Positions 10,499 through 26,500 of a stretch of DNA of 64,000 nt are shown here, piece by piece. The stretch comes from Eledone cirrhosa (lineage: Eukaryota), in the NCBI GenBank assembly GCA_964016885.1, contig OZ024743.1:170810001-170874000 (forward strand), read 5' to 3'. The stretch's first letter is position 1; each line of letters opens with the position of its first letter. The notes beneath the pieces are model-generated. The model ran no database searches. It was not told where the DNA came from and saw nothing but the letters and a program-made list of their open reading frames with translations. The position numbers were made by a program, and so were the translations under genes.

Positions 10499-13400
10499 AA
10501 CACCATAGTCACAACTACTGTAAGACCACTGTATCAACACCACAGTCACAACTAGTCTAAGACCACTGTATCAACACCACAGTCACAACTACTGAAATCC
10601 CACTGTATCAACACCACAGCCACAACTACTGTAAGACCACTGTATCAACACCATAATCACAACTACTGTAAGACCACGGTATCAACACCGTAGTCACAAC
10701 TACTGTAAGACCACTGTATGAACACCATTGTCACAACTACTGTAAGACCACTGTATCAACACCATAGTCATAAGACCACTGTATCAACACCATAGTCAAA
10801 ACTACTGTAAGACCACTGTATCAACACCATAGTCACGACTACTGTAAGACCACTGTATCAACACCATAGTCACAATAACTATAAGAACACTGTATCAACA
10901 CCACAGTCATAACTACTGTAAGACCACTGTATCAACACCACAGTCACAACTACTGTAAGACCACTGTATCAACACCACAGTCACAACTACTGTAAGACCA
11001 CTGTATAAACACCACAACCACAACTACTGTAAGACAACTGTATCAACATCACAACCACAACTACTGTAAGACCACTGTATCAACACCACAGTCATAACAA
11101 GTCTAAGACCACTGTATCAACACCGTAGTCACAACGACTGTAAGACCACTGTATCAACACCACAGTCACAACGTCTGTAAGACCACCGTATCAACACAAT
11201 AGTCACAACTACTGTAAGCCCACTGTATCAACACCATAGTCACAACGACTGCAAGACCACTGTATCAACGCCATAGTCACAACTACTGTAGCACCACTGT
11301 ATAAACACCATAGTCATAACTACTGTAAGACCACTGTATACAAACCATAGTCACAAATACTGTAAGACCACTGTATCAACAACACAGTCACAACTACTCT
11401 AAGACCACTGTATCAACACCACAGTCACAACTACTGTAAGCCCACTGTATCAACAGCATAGTCATAACTACTCTAAGACCATCGTATCAACACCATAGTC
11501 ACAACTACTGTAACACCACTGTATCAAAACAATAGTCATAACTACCGTAAGACCACTGTATCAACACCATAGTCATAAGACCACTGTATCAACACCATAG
11601 TCACAACTACTGTAAGACCATGTATCAACACCATAGTCATAACTACTGTAAGACCACTGTATCAACACCATAGTCACAACTACTGTAAGTCCACTGTATG
11701 AAAACAATATTCATAACTACCGTAAGACCACTGTATCAACACCATAGTCATAACTAATGTAAGACCACTGTAACAACACCATGGTCACAACTACTGTAAG
11801 ACCACTGTATCAACACCATAATCACAACTATTGTAAGACCACGGTATCAACACCGTAGTCACAACTACTGTAAGACCACTGTATCAACACCACAGTCACA
11901 ACTACTGTAAGACCACTGTATCAACACCATAATCACAACTATTGTAAGACCACTGTATCAACACCAGTCATAACTACTCTAAGACCACTGTATCAACACC
12001 ACAGCCACAACTACTGTAAGACCACTGTATCAACACCATAATCACAACTATTGTAAGACCACGGTATCAACACCGTAGTCACAACTACTGTAAGACCACT
12101 GTATCAACACCACAGTCACAACGTCTGTAAGACCACTGAATAAACACCATAGTCACAACTACTGTAAGACCACTGTATCAACACCACAGTCACAACTAGT
12201 CTAAGACCACTGTATCAACACCACAGTCACAACTACTGAAATCCCACTGTATCAACACCACAGCCACAACTACTGTAAGACCACTGTATCAACACCACAG
12301 TCACAACTACTGTAAGACCACTGTATCAACACCATAATTACAACTACTGTAAGAACAAGGTATCAACACCGTAGTCACAACTACTGTAAGACCACTGTAT
12401 GAACACCATTGTCACAACTACTGTAAGACCACTGTATCAACACCATAGTCACGACTACTGTAAGACCACTGTATCAACACCATAGTCACAATAACTGTAA
12501 GAACACTGTATGAACACCACAGTCATAACTACTGTAAGACCACTGTATCAACAACACAGTCACAACTACTGTAAGACCACTGTATCACCACCACAGTCAC
12601 AACTACTGTAAGACCACTGTATCAACACCACAGTCACAACTACTGTAAGACCACTGTATAAACACCACAACCACAACTACTGTAAGACATCTGTATCAAC
12701 ACCACAACCACAACTACTGTAAGACCACTGTATCAACACCACAGTCATAACTACTCTAAGACAACTGTATCATCACCACAGCCACAACTACTGTAAGACC
12801 ACTGTATCAACACCACAGCCACAACTACTGTAAAACCACTGTATCAACACCATAGTCATAACTACCGTAAGACCACTGTATCAACACCATAGTCATAAGA
12901 CCACTGTATCAACACCATAGTCACAACTACTGTAAGACCACTGTAACAACACCATAGTCATAACTACTGTAAGACCACTGTATCAACACCATAGTCACAA
13001 CTATTGTAAGACCACTGTATCAACACCACAGTCACACCTAGAGAAAGACCACTGTATCAACACCATAGTCACAACTACTGTAAGACCACTGTATGAACAC
13101 CATAGTAATAACAACCGTAAGACCACTGTATAAACACCATAGTCATAACTAATGTAAGACCACTGTATCAACACCATAGCCACAACTACTGGAAGACCAC
13201 TGTATCAACACCATAGTCATAAGACCACTGTATCAACATCATAGTCACAACTACTGTAATACCACTGTATCAACACCATAGTCACAACTACTGTAAGACC
13301 ACTGTGTCAGCACCACAGTCACAACTACTGTAAGACCACTGTATCAACACCATAGTCATAACTACCGTAAGACCACTGTATCAACACCATAGTCATAAGA

Positions 13401-16400
13401 CCACTGTATCAACACCATAGTCACAACTACTGTAAGACCACTGTATCAACACCATAGTCATAACTAATGTAAGACAACTGTATCAACACCATAGTCACAA
13501 CTATTTTAAGACCAATGTATCAACACCACAGTCACACCTACAGTAAGACCACTGTATCAACACCATAGTCACAACTACTGTAAGACCACTGTATGAACAC
13601 CATATTCATAACTACCGTAAGTCCACTGTATCAACACCATAGTCATAACTATTGTAAGACCACTGTATCAACACCACAATCACAACTACAGTAAGACCAC
13701 AGTATCAACACCATAGTCACAACTACTGTAAGACCACTGTATCAACACCATAGTCACAACTACTGTAAGACCACTGTATGAACACCATATTCATAACTAC
13801 CGTAAGACCACTGTATCAACACCATAGTCATAACTAATGTAAGACCACTGTATCAACACCATAGTCATAATAGCTGTAAGAACACTGTATCAACACCACA
13901 GTCATAACTACTGTAAGAACACTGTATGAACACCACAGTTATAACTACAGTAAGACCACTGTATCAACATCACAGTCACAACTACTATAAGACCACTGTA
14001 TCAACACCACAGCCACAACTACTGTAAGACCACTGTATCAACACCATAATCACAACTACTGTAAGACCACTGATTCAACACCGTAGTCACAACTACTGTA
14101 AGACCACTGTATCAACACCACAGTCACAACGTCTGTAAGACCACTGTATCAACACAATAGTCACAACTACTGTAAGCCCACTGTATCAACACCATAGACA
14201 CAACGACTGTAAACCACTGTATCAACACCATAGTCACAACTACTGTAGCACCACTATATAAACACCATAGTCATAACTACCGTAAGACCATTGTATCAAC
14301 ACCATAGTCATAACTAATGTAAGACCACTGTATATAAACCCTTCACAACTACTGTAAGACCACTGTATCAACAACACAGCCACAACTACTCTAAGACCAC
14401 CGTATCAAAACCATAGTCACAACTACTGTAAGACCACTGTATCAACACCATAATCATAACTACCGTAAGACCACTGTATCAACACCATAGTCATAAGACC
14501 ACTGTATCAACACCATAGTCACAACTACTGTAAGACCACTGTATCAACACCATAGTCACAACTACTGTAAGACTACTGTGTCAGCACCACAGTCACAACT
14601 ACTGTAAGACCACTGTATCAACACCATAGTCATAACTACCGTAAGACCACTGTATCAACACCATAGTCACAACTATTGTAAGACCACTGTATCAACACCA
14701 GAGTCACAACTACAGTAAGACCACTGTATCAACACGATAGTCATAACTATTGTAAGACCACTGTATCAACACCACAATCACAACTACAGTAAGACCACAG
14801 TATCAACACCATAGTCACAACTACTGTAAGACCACTGTATGAAAACAATAGTCATAACTACCGTAAGACAACTGTATCAACACCATAGTCATAACTAATG
14901 TAAGACCACTGTAACAACACCATAGTCATAACTACTGTAAGACCACTGTATCAACACCACAGTCACAACTACTGTAAGACCACTGTATCAACACCACAGT
15001 CACAACTACTGTAAAACCACTGTATAAACACCACAACCACAACTACTGTAAGACCACTGTATCAACACCATAGTCACAATAACTGTAAGAACACTGTATC
15101 AACACCACAGTCATAACTACTGTAAGACCACTGTATCAACACCACAGTCACAACTACTGTAAGAACACTGTATCAACACCACAGTCACAACTACTGTAAA
15201 ACCACTGTATAAACACCACAACCACAACTACTGTAAGACCACTGTAACAACACCACAACCACAACTACTGTAAGACCACTGTATCAACACCAGTCATAAC
15301 TACTCTAAGACCACTGTATCAACACCACAGCCACAACTACTGTAAGACCACTGTATCAACACAATAATCACAACTATTGTAAGACCACGGTATCAACACC
15401 GTAGTCACAACTACTGTAAGACCACTGTATCAACACCACAGTCACAACGTCTGTAAGACCACTGAATAAACACCATAGTCACAACTACTGTAAGACCACT
15501 GTATCAACACCACAGTCACAACTAGTCTAAGACCACTGTATCAACACCACAGTCACAGCTACTGAAATCCCACTGTATCAACACCACAGCCACAACTACT
15601 GTAAGACCACTGTATCAACACCATAATCACAACTACTGTAAGACCACGGTATCAACACCGTAGTCACAACTACTGTAAGACCACTGTATGAACACCATTG
15701 TCACAACTACTGTAAGACCACTGTATCAACACCATAGTCACGACTACTGTAAGACCACTGTATCAACACCATAGTCAAAATAACTGTAAGAACACTGTAT
15801 CAACACCAAAGTCATAACTACTGTAAGACCATTGTATCAACACCACAGTCACAACTACTGTAAGACCACTGTATCAACACCACAGTCACAACTACTGTAA
15901 GACCACTGTATAAACACCACAACCACAACTACTGTAAGACAACTGTATCAACATCACAACCACAACTACTGTAAGACCACTGTATCAACACCACAGTCAT
16001 AACTACTCTAAGACCACTGTATCAACACCACAGCCACAACTACTGTAAGACCACTGTATCAACACCACAGCCACAACTACTGTAAGACCACTGTATCAAC
16101 ACAATAGTCATAACTACCGTAAGACCACTGTATCAACACCATAGTCATAAGACCACTGTATCAACACCATAGTCACAACTACTGTAAGACCACTGTATCA
16201 ACACCATAGTCATAACTACTGTAAGACCACTGTATCAACACCATAGTCGCAACTATTGTAAGACCACTGTATCAACACCACAGTCACACCTAGAGAAAGA
16301 CCACTGTATCAACACCATAGTCACAACTACTGTAAGACCACTGTATGAACACCATAGTCATAACAACCGTAAGACCACTGTATAAACACCATAGTCATAA

Positions 16401-19400
16401 CTAATGTAAGACCACTGTATCAACACCATAGTCACAACTACTGGAAGACCACTGTATCAACACCATAGTCATAAGACCACTGTATCAACACCATAGTCAC
16501 AACTACTGTAATACCACTGTATCAACACCATAGTCACAACTACTGTAAGACCACTGTGTCAGCACCACAGTCACAACTACTGTAAGACCACTGTTTCAAC
16601 ACCATAGTCATAACTACCGTAAGACCACTGTATCAACACCATAGTCATAAGACCACTGTATCAACACCATAGTCACAACTACTGTAATACCACTGTATCA
16701 ACACCATAGTCACAACTACTGTAAGACCACTGTGTCAGCACCACAGTCACAACTACTGTAAGACCACTGTTTCAACACCATAGTCATAACTACCGTAAGA
16801 CCACTGTATCAACACCATAGTCATAAGACCACTGTATCAACACCATAGTCACAACGACTGTAAGACCACTGTATCAACACCATAGTCATAACTACTGTAA
16901 GACCACTGTATCAACACCATAGTCACAACTATTGTAAGACCACTGTATCAACACCACAGTCACACCTAGAGAAAGACCACTGTATCAACACCATAGTCAC
17001 AACTACTGTAAGACCACTGTATCAACACCACAGTCACAACTAGTCTAAGACCACTGTATCAACACCACAGTCACAACTACTGAAATCCCACTGTATCAAC
17101 ACCACAGCCACAACTACTGTAAGACCACTGTATCAACACCATAATCACAACTACTGTAAGACCACGGTATCAACACCGTAGTCACAACTACTGTAAGACC
17201 ACTGTATGAACACCATTGTCACAACTACTGTAAGACCACTGTATCAACACCATAGTCATAAGACCACTGTATCAACACCATAGTCAAAACTACTGTAAGA
17301 CCACTGTATCAACACCATAGTCACGACTACTGTAAGACCACTGTATCAACACCATAGTCACAATAACTATAAGAACACTGTATCAACACCACAGTCATAA
17401 CTACTGTAAGACCACTGTATCAACACCACAGTCACAACTACTGTAAGACCACTGTATCAACACCACAGTCACAACTACTGTAAGACCACTGTATAAACAC
17501 CACAACCACAACTACTGTAAGACAACTGTATCAACATCACAACCACAACTACTGTAAGACCACTGTATCAACACCACAGTCATAACAAGTCTAAGACCAC
17601 TGTATCAACACCGTAGTCACAACGACTGTAAGACCACTGTATCAACACCACAGTCACAACGTCTGTAAGACCACCGTATCAACACAATAGTCACAACTAC
17701 TGTAAGCCCACTGTATCAACACCATAGTCACAACGACTGCAAGACCACTGTATCAACGCCATAGTCACAACTACTGTAGCACCACTGTATAAACACCATA
17801 GTCATAACTACTGTAAGACCACTGTATACAAACCATAGTCACAAATACTGTAAGACCACTGTATCAACAACACAGTCACAACTACTCTAAGACCACTGTA
17901 TCAACACCACAGTCACAACTACTGTAAGCCCACTGTATCAACAGCATAGTCATAACTACTCTAAGACCACCGTATCAACACCATAGTCACAACTACTGTA
18001 ACACCACTGTATCAAAACAATAGTCATAACTACCGTAAGACCACTGTATCAACACCATAGTCATAAGACCACTGTATCAACACCATAGTCACAACTACTG
18101 TAAGACCATGTATCAACACCATAGTCATAACTACTGTAAGACCACTGTATCAACACCATAGTCACAACTACTGTAAGTCCACTGTATGAAAACAATATTC
18201 ATAACTACCGTAAGACCACTGTATCAACACCATAGTCATAACTAATGTAAGACCACTGTAACAACACCATGGTCACAACTACTGTAAGACCACTGTATCA
18301 ACACCATAATCACAACTATTGTAAGACCACGGTATCAACACCGTAGTCACAACTACTGTAAGACCACTGTATCAACACCACAGTCACAACTACTGTAAGA
18401 CCACTGTATCAACACCATAATCACAACTATTGTAAGACCACTGTATCAACACCAGTCATAACTACTCTAAGACCACTGTATCAACACCACAGCCACAACT
18501 ACTGTAAGACCACTGTATCAACACCATAATCACAACTATTGTAAGACCACGGTATCAACACCGTAGTCACAACTACTGTAAGACCACTGTATCAACACCA
18601 CAGTCACAACGTCTGTAAGACCACTGAATAAACACCATAGTCACAACTACTGTAAGACCACTGTATCAACACCACAGTCACAACTAGTCTAAGACCACTG
18701 TATCAACACCACAGTCACAACTACTGAAATCCCACTGTATCAACACCACAGCCACAACTACTGTAAGACCACTGTATCAACACCACAGTCACAACTACTG
18801 TAAGACCACTGTATCAACACCATAATTACAACTACTGTAAGAACAAGGTATCAACACCGTAGTCACAACTACTGTAAGACCACTGTATGAACACCATTGT
18901 CACAACTACTGTAAGACCACTGTATCAACACCATAGTCACGACTACTGTAAGACCACTGTATCAACACCATAGTCACAATAACTGTAAGAACACTGTATG
19001 AACACCACAGTCATAACTACTGTAAGACCACTGTATCAACAACACAGTCACAACTACTGTAAGACCACTGTATCACCACCACAGTCACAACTACTGTAAG
19101 ACCACTGTATCAACACCACAGTCACAACTACTGTAAGACCACTGTATAAACACCACAACCACAACTACTGTAAGACATCTGTATCAACACCACAACCACA
19201 ACTACTGTAAGACCACTGTATCAACACCACAGTCATAACTACTCTAAGACAACTGTATCATCACCACAGCCACAACTACTGTAAGACCACTGTATCAACA
19301 CCACAGCCACAACTACTGTAAAACCACTGTATCAACACCATAGTCATAACTACCGTAAGACCACTGTATCAACACCATAGTCATAAGACCACTGTATCAA

Positions 19401-22400
19401 CACCATAGTCACAACTACTGTAAGACCACTGTAACAACACCATAGTCATAACTACTGTAAGACCACTGTATCAACACCATAGTCACAACTATTGTAAGAC
19501 CACTGTATCAACACCACAGTCACACCTAGAGAAAGACCACTGTATCAACACCATAGTCACAACTACTGTAAGACCACTGTATGAACACCATAGTAATAAC
19601 AACCGTAAGACCACTGTATAAACACCATAGTCATAACTAATGTAAGACCACTGTATCAACACCATAGCCACAACTACTGGAAGACCACTGTATCAACACC
19701 ATAGTCATAAGACCACTGTATCAACATCATAGTCACAACTACTGTAATACCACTGTATCAACACCATAGTCACAACTACTGTAAGACCACTGTGTCAGCA
19801 CCACAGTCACAACTACTGTAAGACCACTGTATCAACACCATAGTCATAACTACCGTAAGACCACTGTATCAACACCATAGTCATAAGACCACTGTATCAA
19901 CACCATAGTCACAACTACTGTAAGACCACTGTATCAACACCATAGTCATAACTAATGTAAGACAACTGTATCAACACCATAGTCACAACTATTTTAAGAC
20001 CAATGTATCAACACCACAGTCACACCTACAGTAAGACCACTGTATCAACACCATAGTCACAACTACTGTAAGACCACTGTATGAACACCATATTCATAAC
20101 TACCGTAAGTCCACTGTATCAACACCATAGTCATAACTATTGTAAGACCACTGTATCAACACCACAATCACAACTACAGTAAGACCACAGTATCAACACC
20201 ATAGTCACAACTACTGTAAGACCACTGTATCAACACCATAGTCACAACTACTGTAAGACCACTGTATGAACACCATATTCATAACTACCGTAAGACCACT
20301 GTATCAACACCATAGTCATAACTAATGTAAGACCACTGTATCAACACCATAGTCATAATAGCTGTAAGAACACTGTATCAACACCACAGTCATAACTACT
20401 GTAAGAACACTGTATGAACACCACAGTTATAACTACAGTAAGACCACTGTATCAACATCACAGTCACAACTACTATAAGACCACTGTATCAACACCACAG
20501 CCACAACTACTGTAAGACCACTGTATCAACACCATAATCACAACTACTGTAAGACCACTGATTCAACACCGTAGTCACAACTACTGTAAGACCACTGTAT
20601 CAACACCACAGTCACAACGTCTGTAAGACCACTGTATCAACACAATAGTCACAACTACTGTAAGCCCACTGTATCAACACCATAGACACAACGACTGTAA
20701 ACCACTGTATCAACACCATAGTCACAACTACTGTAGCACCACTATATAAACACCATAGTCATAACTACCGTAAGACCATTGTATCAACACCATAGTCATA
20801 ACTAATGTAAGACCACTGTATATAAACCCTTCACAACTACTGTAAGACCACTGTATCAACAACACAGCCACAACTACTCTAAGACCACCGTATCAAAACC
20901 ATAGTCACAACTACTGTAAGACCACTGTATCAACACCATAATCATAACTACCGTAAGACCACTGTATCAACACCATAGTCATAAGACCACTGTATCAACA
21001 CCATAGTCACAACTACTGTAAGACCACTGTATCAACACCATAGTCACAACTACTGTAAGACTACTGTGTCAGCACCACAGTCACAACTACTGTAAGACCA
21101 CTGTATCAACACCATAGTCATAACTACCGTAAGACCACTGTATCAACACCATAGTCACAACTATTGTAAGACCACTGTATCAACACCAGAGTCACAACTA
21201 CAGTAAGACCACTGTATCAACACGATAGTCATAACTATTGTAAGACCACTGTATCAACACCACAATCACAACTACAGTAAGACCACAGTATCAACACCAT
21301 AGTCACAACTACTGTAAGACCACTGTATGAAAACAATAGTCATAACTACCGTAAGACAACTGTATCAACACCATAGTCATAACTAATGTAAGACCACTGT
21401 AACAACACCATAGTCATAACTACTGTAAGACCACTGTATCAACACCACAGTCACAACTACTGTAAGACCACTGTATCAACACCACAGTCACAACTACTGT
21501 AAAACCACTGTATAAACACCACAACCACAACTACTGTAAGACCACTGTATCAACACCATAGTCACAATAACTGTAAGAACACTGTATCAACACCACAGTC
21601 ATAACTACTGTAAGACCACTGTATCAACACCACAGTCACAACTACTGTAAGAACACTGTATCAACACCACAGTCACAACTACTGTAAAACCACTGTATAA
21701 ACACCACAACCACAACTACTGTAAGACCACTGTAACAACACCACAACCACAACTACTGTAAGACCACTGTATCAACACCAGTCATAACTACTCTAAGACC
21801 ACTGTATCAACACCACAGCCACAACTACTGTAAGACCACTGTATCAACACAATAATCACAACTATTGTAAGACCACGGTATCAACACCGTAGTCACAACT
21901 ACTGTAAGACCACTGTATCAACACCACAGTCACAACGTCTGTAAGACCACTGAATAAACACCATAGTCACAACTACTGTAAGACCACTGTATCAACACCA
22001 CAGTCACAACTAGTCTAAGACCACTGTATCAACACCACAGTCACAGCTACTGAAATCCCACTGTATCAACACCACAGCCACAACTACTGTAAGACCACTG
22101 TATCAACACCATAATCACAACTACTGTAAGACCACGGTATCAACACCGTAGTCACAACTACTGTAAGACCACTGTATGAACACCATTGTCACAACTACTG
22201 TAAGACCACTGTATCAACACCATAGTCACGACTACTGTAAGACCACTGTATCAACACCATAGTCAAAATAACTGTAAGAACACTGTATCAACACCAAAGT
22301 CATAACTACTGTAAGACCATTGTATCAACACCACAGTCACAACTACTGTAAGACCACTGTATCAACACCACAGTCACAACTACTGTAAGACCACTGTATA

Positions 22401-23510
22401 AACACCACAACCACAACTACTGTAAGACAACTGTATCAACATCACAACCACAACTACTGTAAGACCACTGTATCAACACCACAGTCATAACTACTCTAAG
22501 ACCACTGTATCAACACCACAGCCACAACTACTGTAAGACCACTGTATCAACACCACAGCCACAACTACTGTAAGACCACTGTATCAACACAATAGTCATA
22601 ACTACCGTAAGACCACTGTATCAACACCATAGTCATAAGACCACTGTATCAACACCATAGTCACAACTACTGTAAGACCACTGTATCAACACCATAGTCA
22701 TAACTACTGTAAGACCACTGTATCAACACCATAGTCGCAACTATTGTAAGACCACTGTATCAACACCACAGTCACACCTAGAGAAAGACCACTGTATCAA
22801 CACCATAGTCACAACTACTGTAAGACCACTGTATGAACACCATAGTCATAACAACCGTAAGACCACTGTATAAACACCATAGTCATAACTAATGTAAGAC
22901 CACTGTATCAACACCATAGTCACAACTACTGGAAGACCACTGTATCAACACCATAGTCATAAGACCACTGTATCAACACCATAGTCACAACTACTGTAAT
23001 ACCACTGTATCAACACCATAGTCACAACTACTGTAAGACCACTGTGTCAGCACCACAGTCACAACTACTGTAAGACCACTGTTTCAACACCATAGTCATA
23101 ACTACCGTAAGACCACTGTATCAACACCATAGTCATAAGACCACTGTATCAACACCATAGTCACAACTACTGTAATACCACTGTATCAACACCATAGTCA
23201 CAACTACTGTAAGACCACTGTGTCAGCACCACAGTCACAACTACTGTAAGACCACTGTTTCAACACCATAGTCATAACTACCGTAAGACCACTGTATCAA
23301 CACCATAGTCATAAGACCACTGTATCAACACCATAGTCACAACGACTGTAAGACCACTGTATCAACACCATAGTCATAACTACTGTAAGACCACTGTATC
23401 AACACCATAGTCACAACTATTGTAAGACCACTGTATCAACACCACAGTCACACCTAGAGAAAGACCACTGTATCAACACCATAGTCACAACTACTGTAAG
23501 ACCACTGTAT
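10499..23510. repeat. Higher-order tandem duplication, 6488-bp unit x2, nearly identical
   Basis: Constant +6488 offset: the 1-bp-deleted GACCATGTATC at 11616/18104, identical ORFs at 13001/19489, and CACCTAGAGAAAG at 16963/23451. Confidence 0.92.
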
Positions 23511-26500
23511 GAACACCATAGTCATAACAACCGTAAGACCACTGTATAAACACCATAGTCATAACTAATGTAAGACCACTGTATCAACACCATAGTCACA
23601 ACTACTGGAAGACCACTGTATCAACACCATAGTCACAACTACTGTAATACCACTGTATCAACACCATAGTCACAACTACTGTAAGACCACTGTGTCAGCA
23701 CCACAGTCACAACTACTGTAAGACCACTGTTTCAACACCATAGTCATAACTACCGTAAGACCACTGTATCAACACCATAGTCATAAGACCACTGTATCAA
23801 CACCATAGTCACAACTACTGTAATACCACTGTATCAACACCATAGTCACAACTACTGTAAGACCACTGTGTCAGCACCACAGTCACAACTACTGTAAGAC
23901 CACTGTTTCAACACCATAGTCATAACTACCGTAAGACCACTGTATCAACACCATAGTCATAAGACCACTGTATCAACACCATAGTCACAACGACTGTAAG
24001 ACCACTGTATCAACACCATAGTCATAACTACTGTAAGACCACTGTATCAACACCATAGTCACAACTATTTTAAGACCAATGTATCAACACCACAGTCACA
24101 CCTACAGTAAGACCACTGTATCAACACCATAGTCACAATAACTGTAAGAACACTGTATCAACATCACAGTCATAACTACTGTAAGAACACTGTATCAACA
24201 CCACAGTTATAACTACAGTAAGACCACTGTATCAACATCACAGTCACAACTACTATAAGACCACTGTATCAACACCACAGCCACAACTACTGTAAGGCCA
24301 CTGTATCAACACCATAATCACAACTACTGTAAGACCACTGATTCAACACCGAAGTCACAACTACTGTAAGACCACTGTATCAACACCACAGTCACAACGT
24401 CTGTAAGACCACTTTATCAACACAATAGTCACAACTACTGTAAGCCCACTGTATCAACACCATAGTCACAACGACTGTAAGACCACTGTATCAACACCAT
24501 AGTCACAACTACTGTAGCACCACTGTATCAACACCATAGTCACAACGACTGTAAGACCATTGTATCAACACCATAGTCATAACTAATGTAAGACCACTGT
24601 ATAAAAACCATTCACAACTACTGTAAGACCACTGTATCAACAACACAGCCACAACTACTCTAAGACCACTATATCAACACCACAGTCACAACTACTGTAA
24701 GCCCACTGTATCAACAGCATAGTCATAACTACCGTAAGACCACTGTATCAACACCATAGTCATAAGACCACTGTATCAACACCATAGTCACAACTACTGT
24801 AAGACCACTGTATCAACACCATAATCACAACTACTGTAAGACTACTGTGTCAGCACCACAGTCACAACTAATGTAAGACCACTGTATCAACACCATAGTC
24901 ATAACTACCGTAAGACCACTGTATCAACACCATAGTCACAACTATTGTAAGACCACTGTATCAACACCAGAGTCACAACTACAGTAAGACCACTGTATCA
25001 ACACGATAGTCATAACTATTGTAAGACCACTGTATCAACACCACAATCACAACTACAGTAAGACCACAGTATCAACACCATAGTCACAACTACTGTAAGA
25101 CCACTGTATGAAAACAATAGTCATAACTACCGTAAGACAACTGTATCAACACCATAGTCATAACTAATGTAAGACCACTGTAACAACACCATAGTCACAA
25201 CTACTGTAAGACCACTGTATCAACACCATAGTCACAATAACTGTAAGAACACTGTATCAACACCACAGTCATAACTACTGTAAGACCACTGTATCAACAC
25301 CACAGTCACAACTACTGTAAGACCACTGTATCAACACCACAGTCACAACTACTGTAAAACCACTGTATAAACACCACAACCACAACTACTGTAAGACCAC
25401 TGTAACAACACCACAACCACAACTACTGTAAGACCACTGTATCAACACCAGTCATAACTACTCTAAGACCACTGTATCAACACCACAGCCACAACTACTG
25501 TAAGACCACTGTATCAACACAATAATCACAACTATTGTAAGACCACGGTATCAACACCGTAGTCACAACTACTGTAAGACCACTGTATCAACACCACAGT
25601 CACAACGTCTGTAAGACCACTGAATAAACACCATAGTCACAACTACTGTAAGACCACTGTATCAACACCACAGTCACAACTATTCTAAGACCACTGTATC
25701 AACACCACAGTCACAACTACTGAAATCCCACTGTATCAACACCACAGCCACAACTACTGTAAGACCACTGTATCAACACCATAATCACAACTACTGTAAG
25801 ACCACGGTATCAACACCGTAGTCACAACTACTGTAAGACCACTGTATGAACACCATTGTCACAACTACTGTAAGACCACTGTATCAACACCATAGTCACG
25901 ACTACTGTAAGACCACTGTATCAACACCATAGTCACAATAACTGTAAGAACACTGTATCAACACCACAGTCATAACTACTGTAAGACCACTGTCTCAACA
26001 CCACAGTCACAACTACTGTAAGACCACTGTATCAACACCACAGTCACAACTACTGTAAGACCACTGTATAAACACCACAACCACAACTAATGTAAGACAA
26101 CTGTATCAACATCACAACCACAACTACTGTAAGACCACTGTATCAACACCACAGTCATAACTACTCTAAGACCACTGTATCAACACCACAGCCACAACTA
26201 CTGTAAGACCACTGTATCAACACCACAGCCACAACTACTGTAAGACCACTGTATCAACACAATAGTCATAACTACCGTAAGACCACTGTATCAACACCAT
26301 AGTCATAAGACCACTGTATCAACACCATAGTCACAACTACTGTAAGACCACTGTATCAACACCATAGTCACAACTACTGTAAGACCACTGTATCAACACC
26401 ATAGTCATAACTACTGTAAGACCACTGTATCAACACCATAGTCACAACTATTGTAAGACCACTGTATCAACACCACAGTCACACCTAGAGAAAGACCACT

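Noticed and set aside
13295-13325. RAG/Transib RSS-like heptamers (CACTGTG, CACAGTC) in monomers
   Set aside because: No nonamer at 12/23-bp spacing and no transposase or gene segments; short chance matches.
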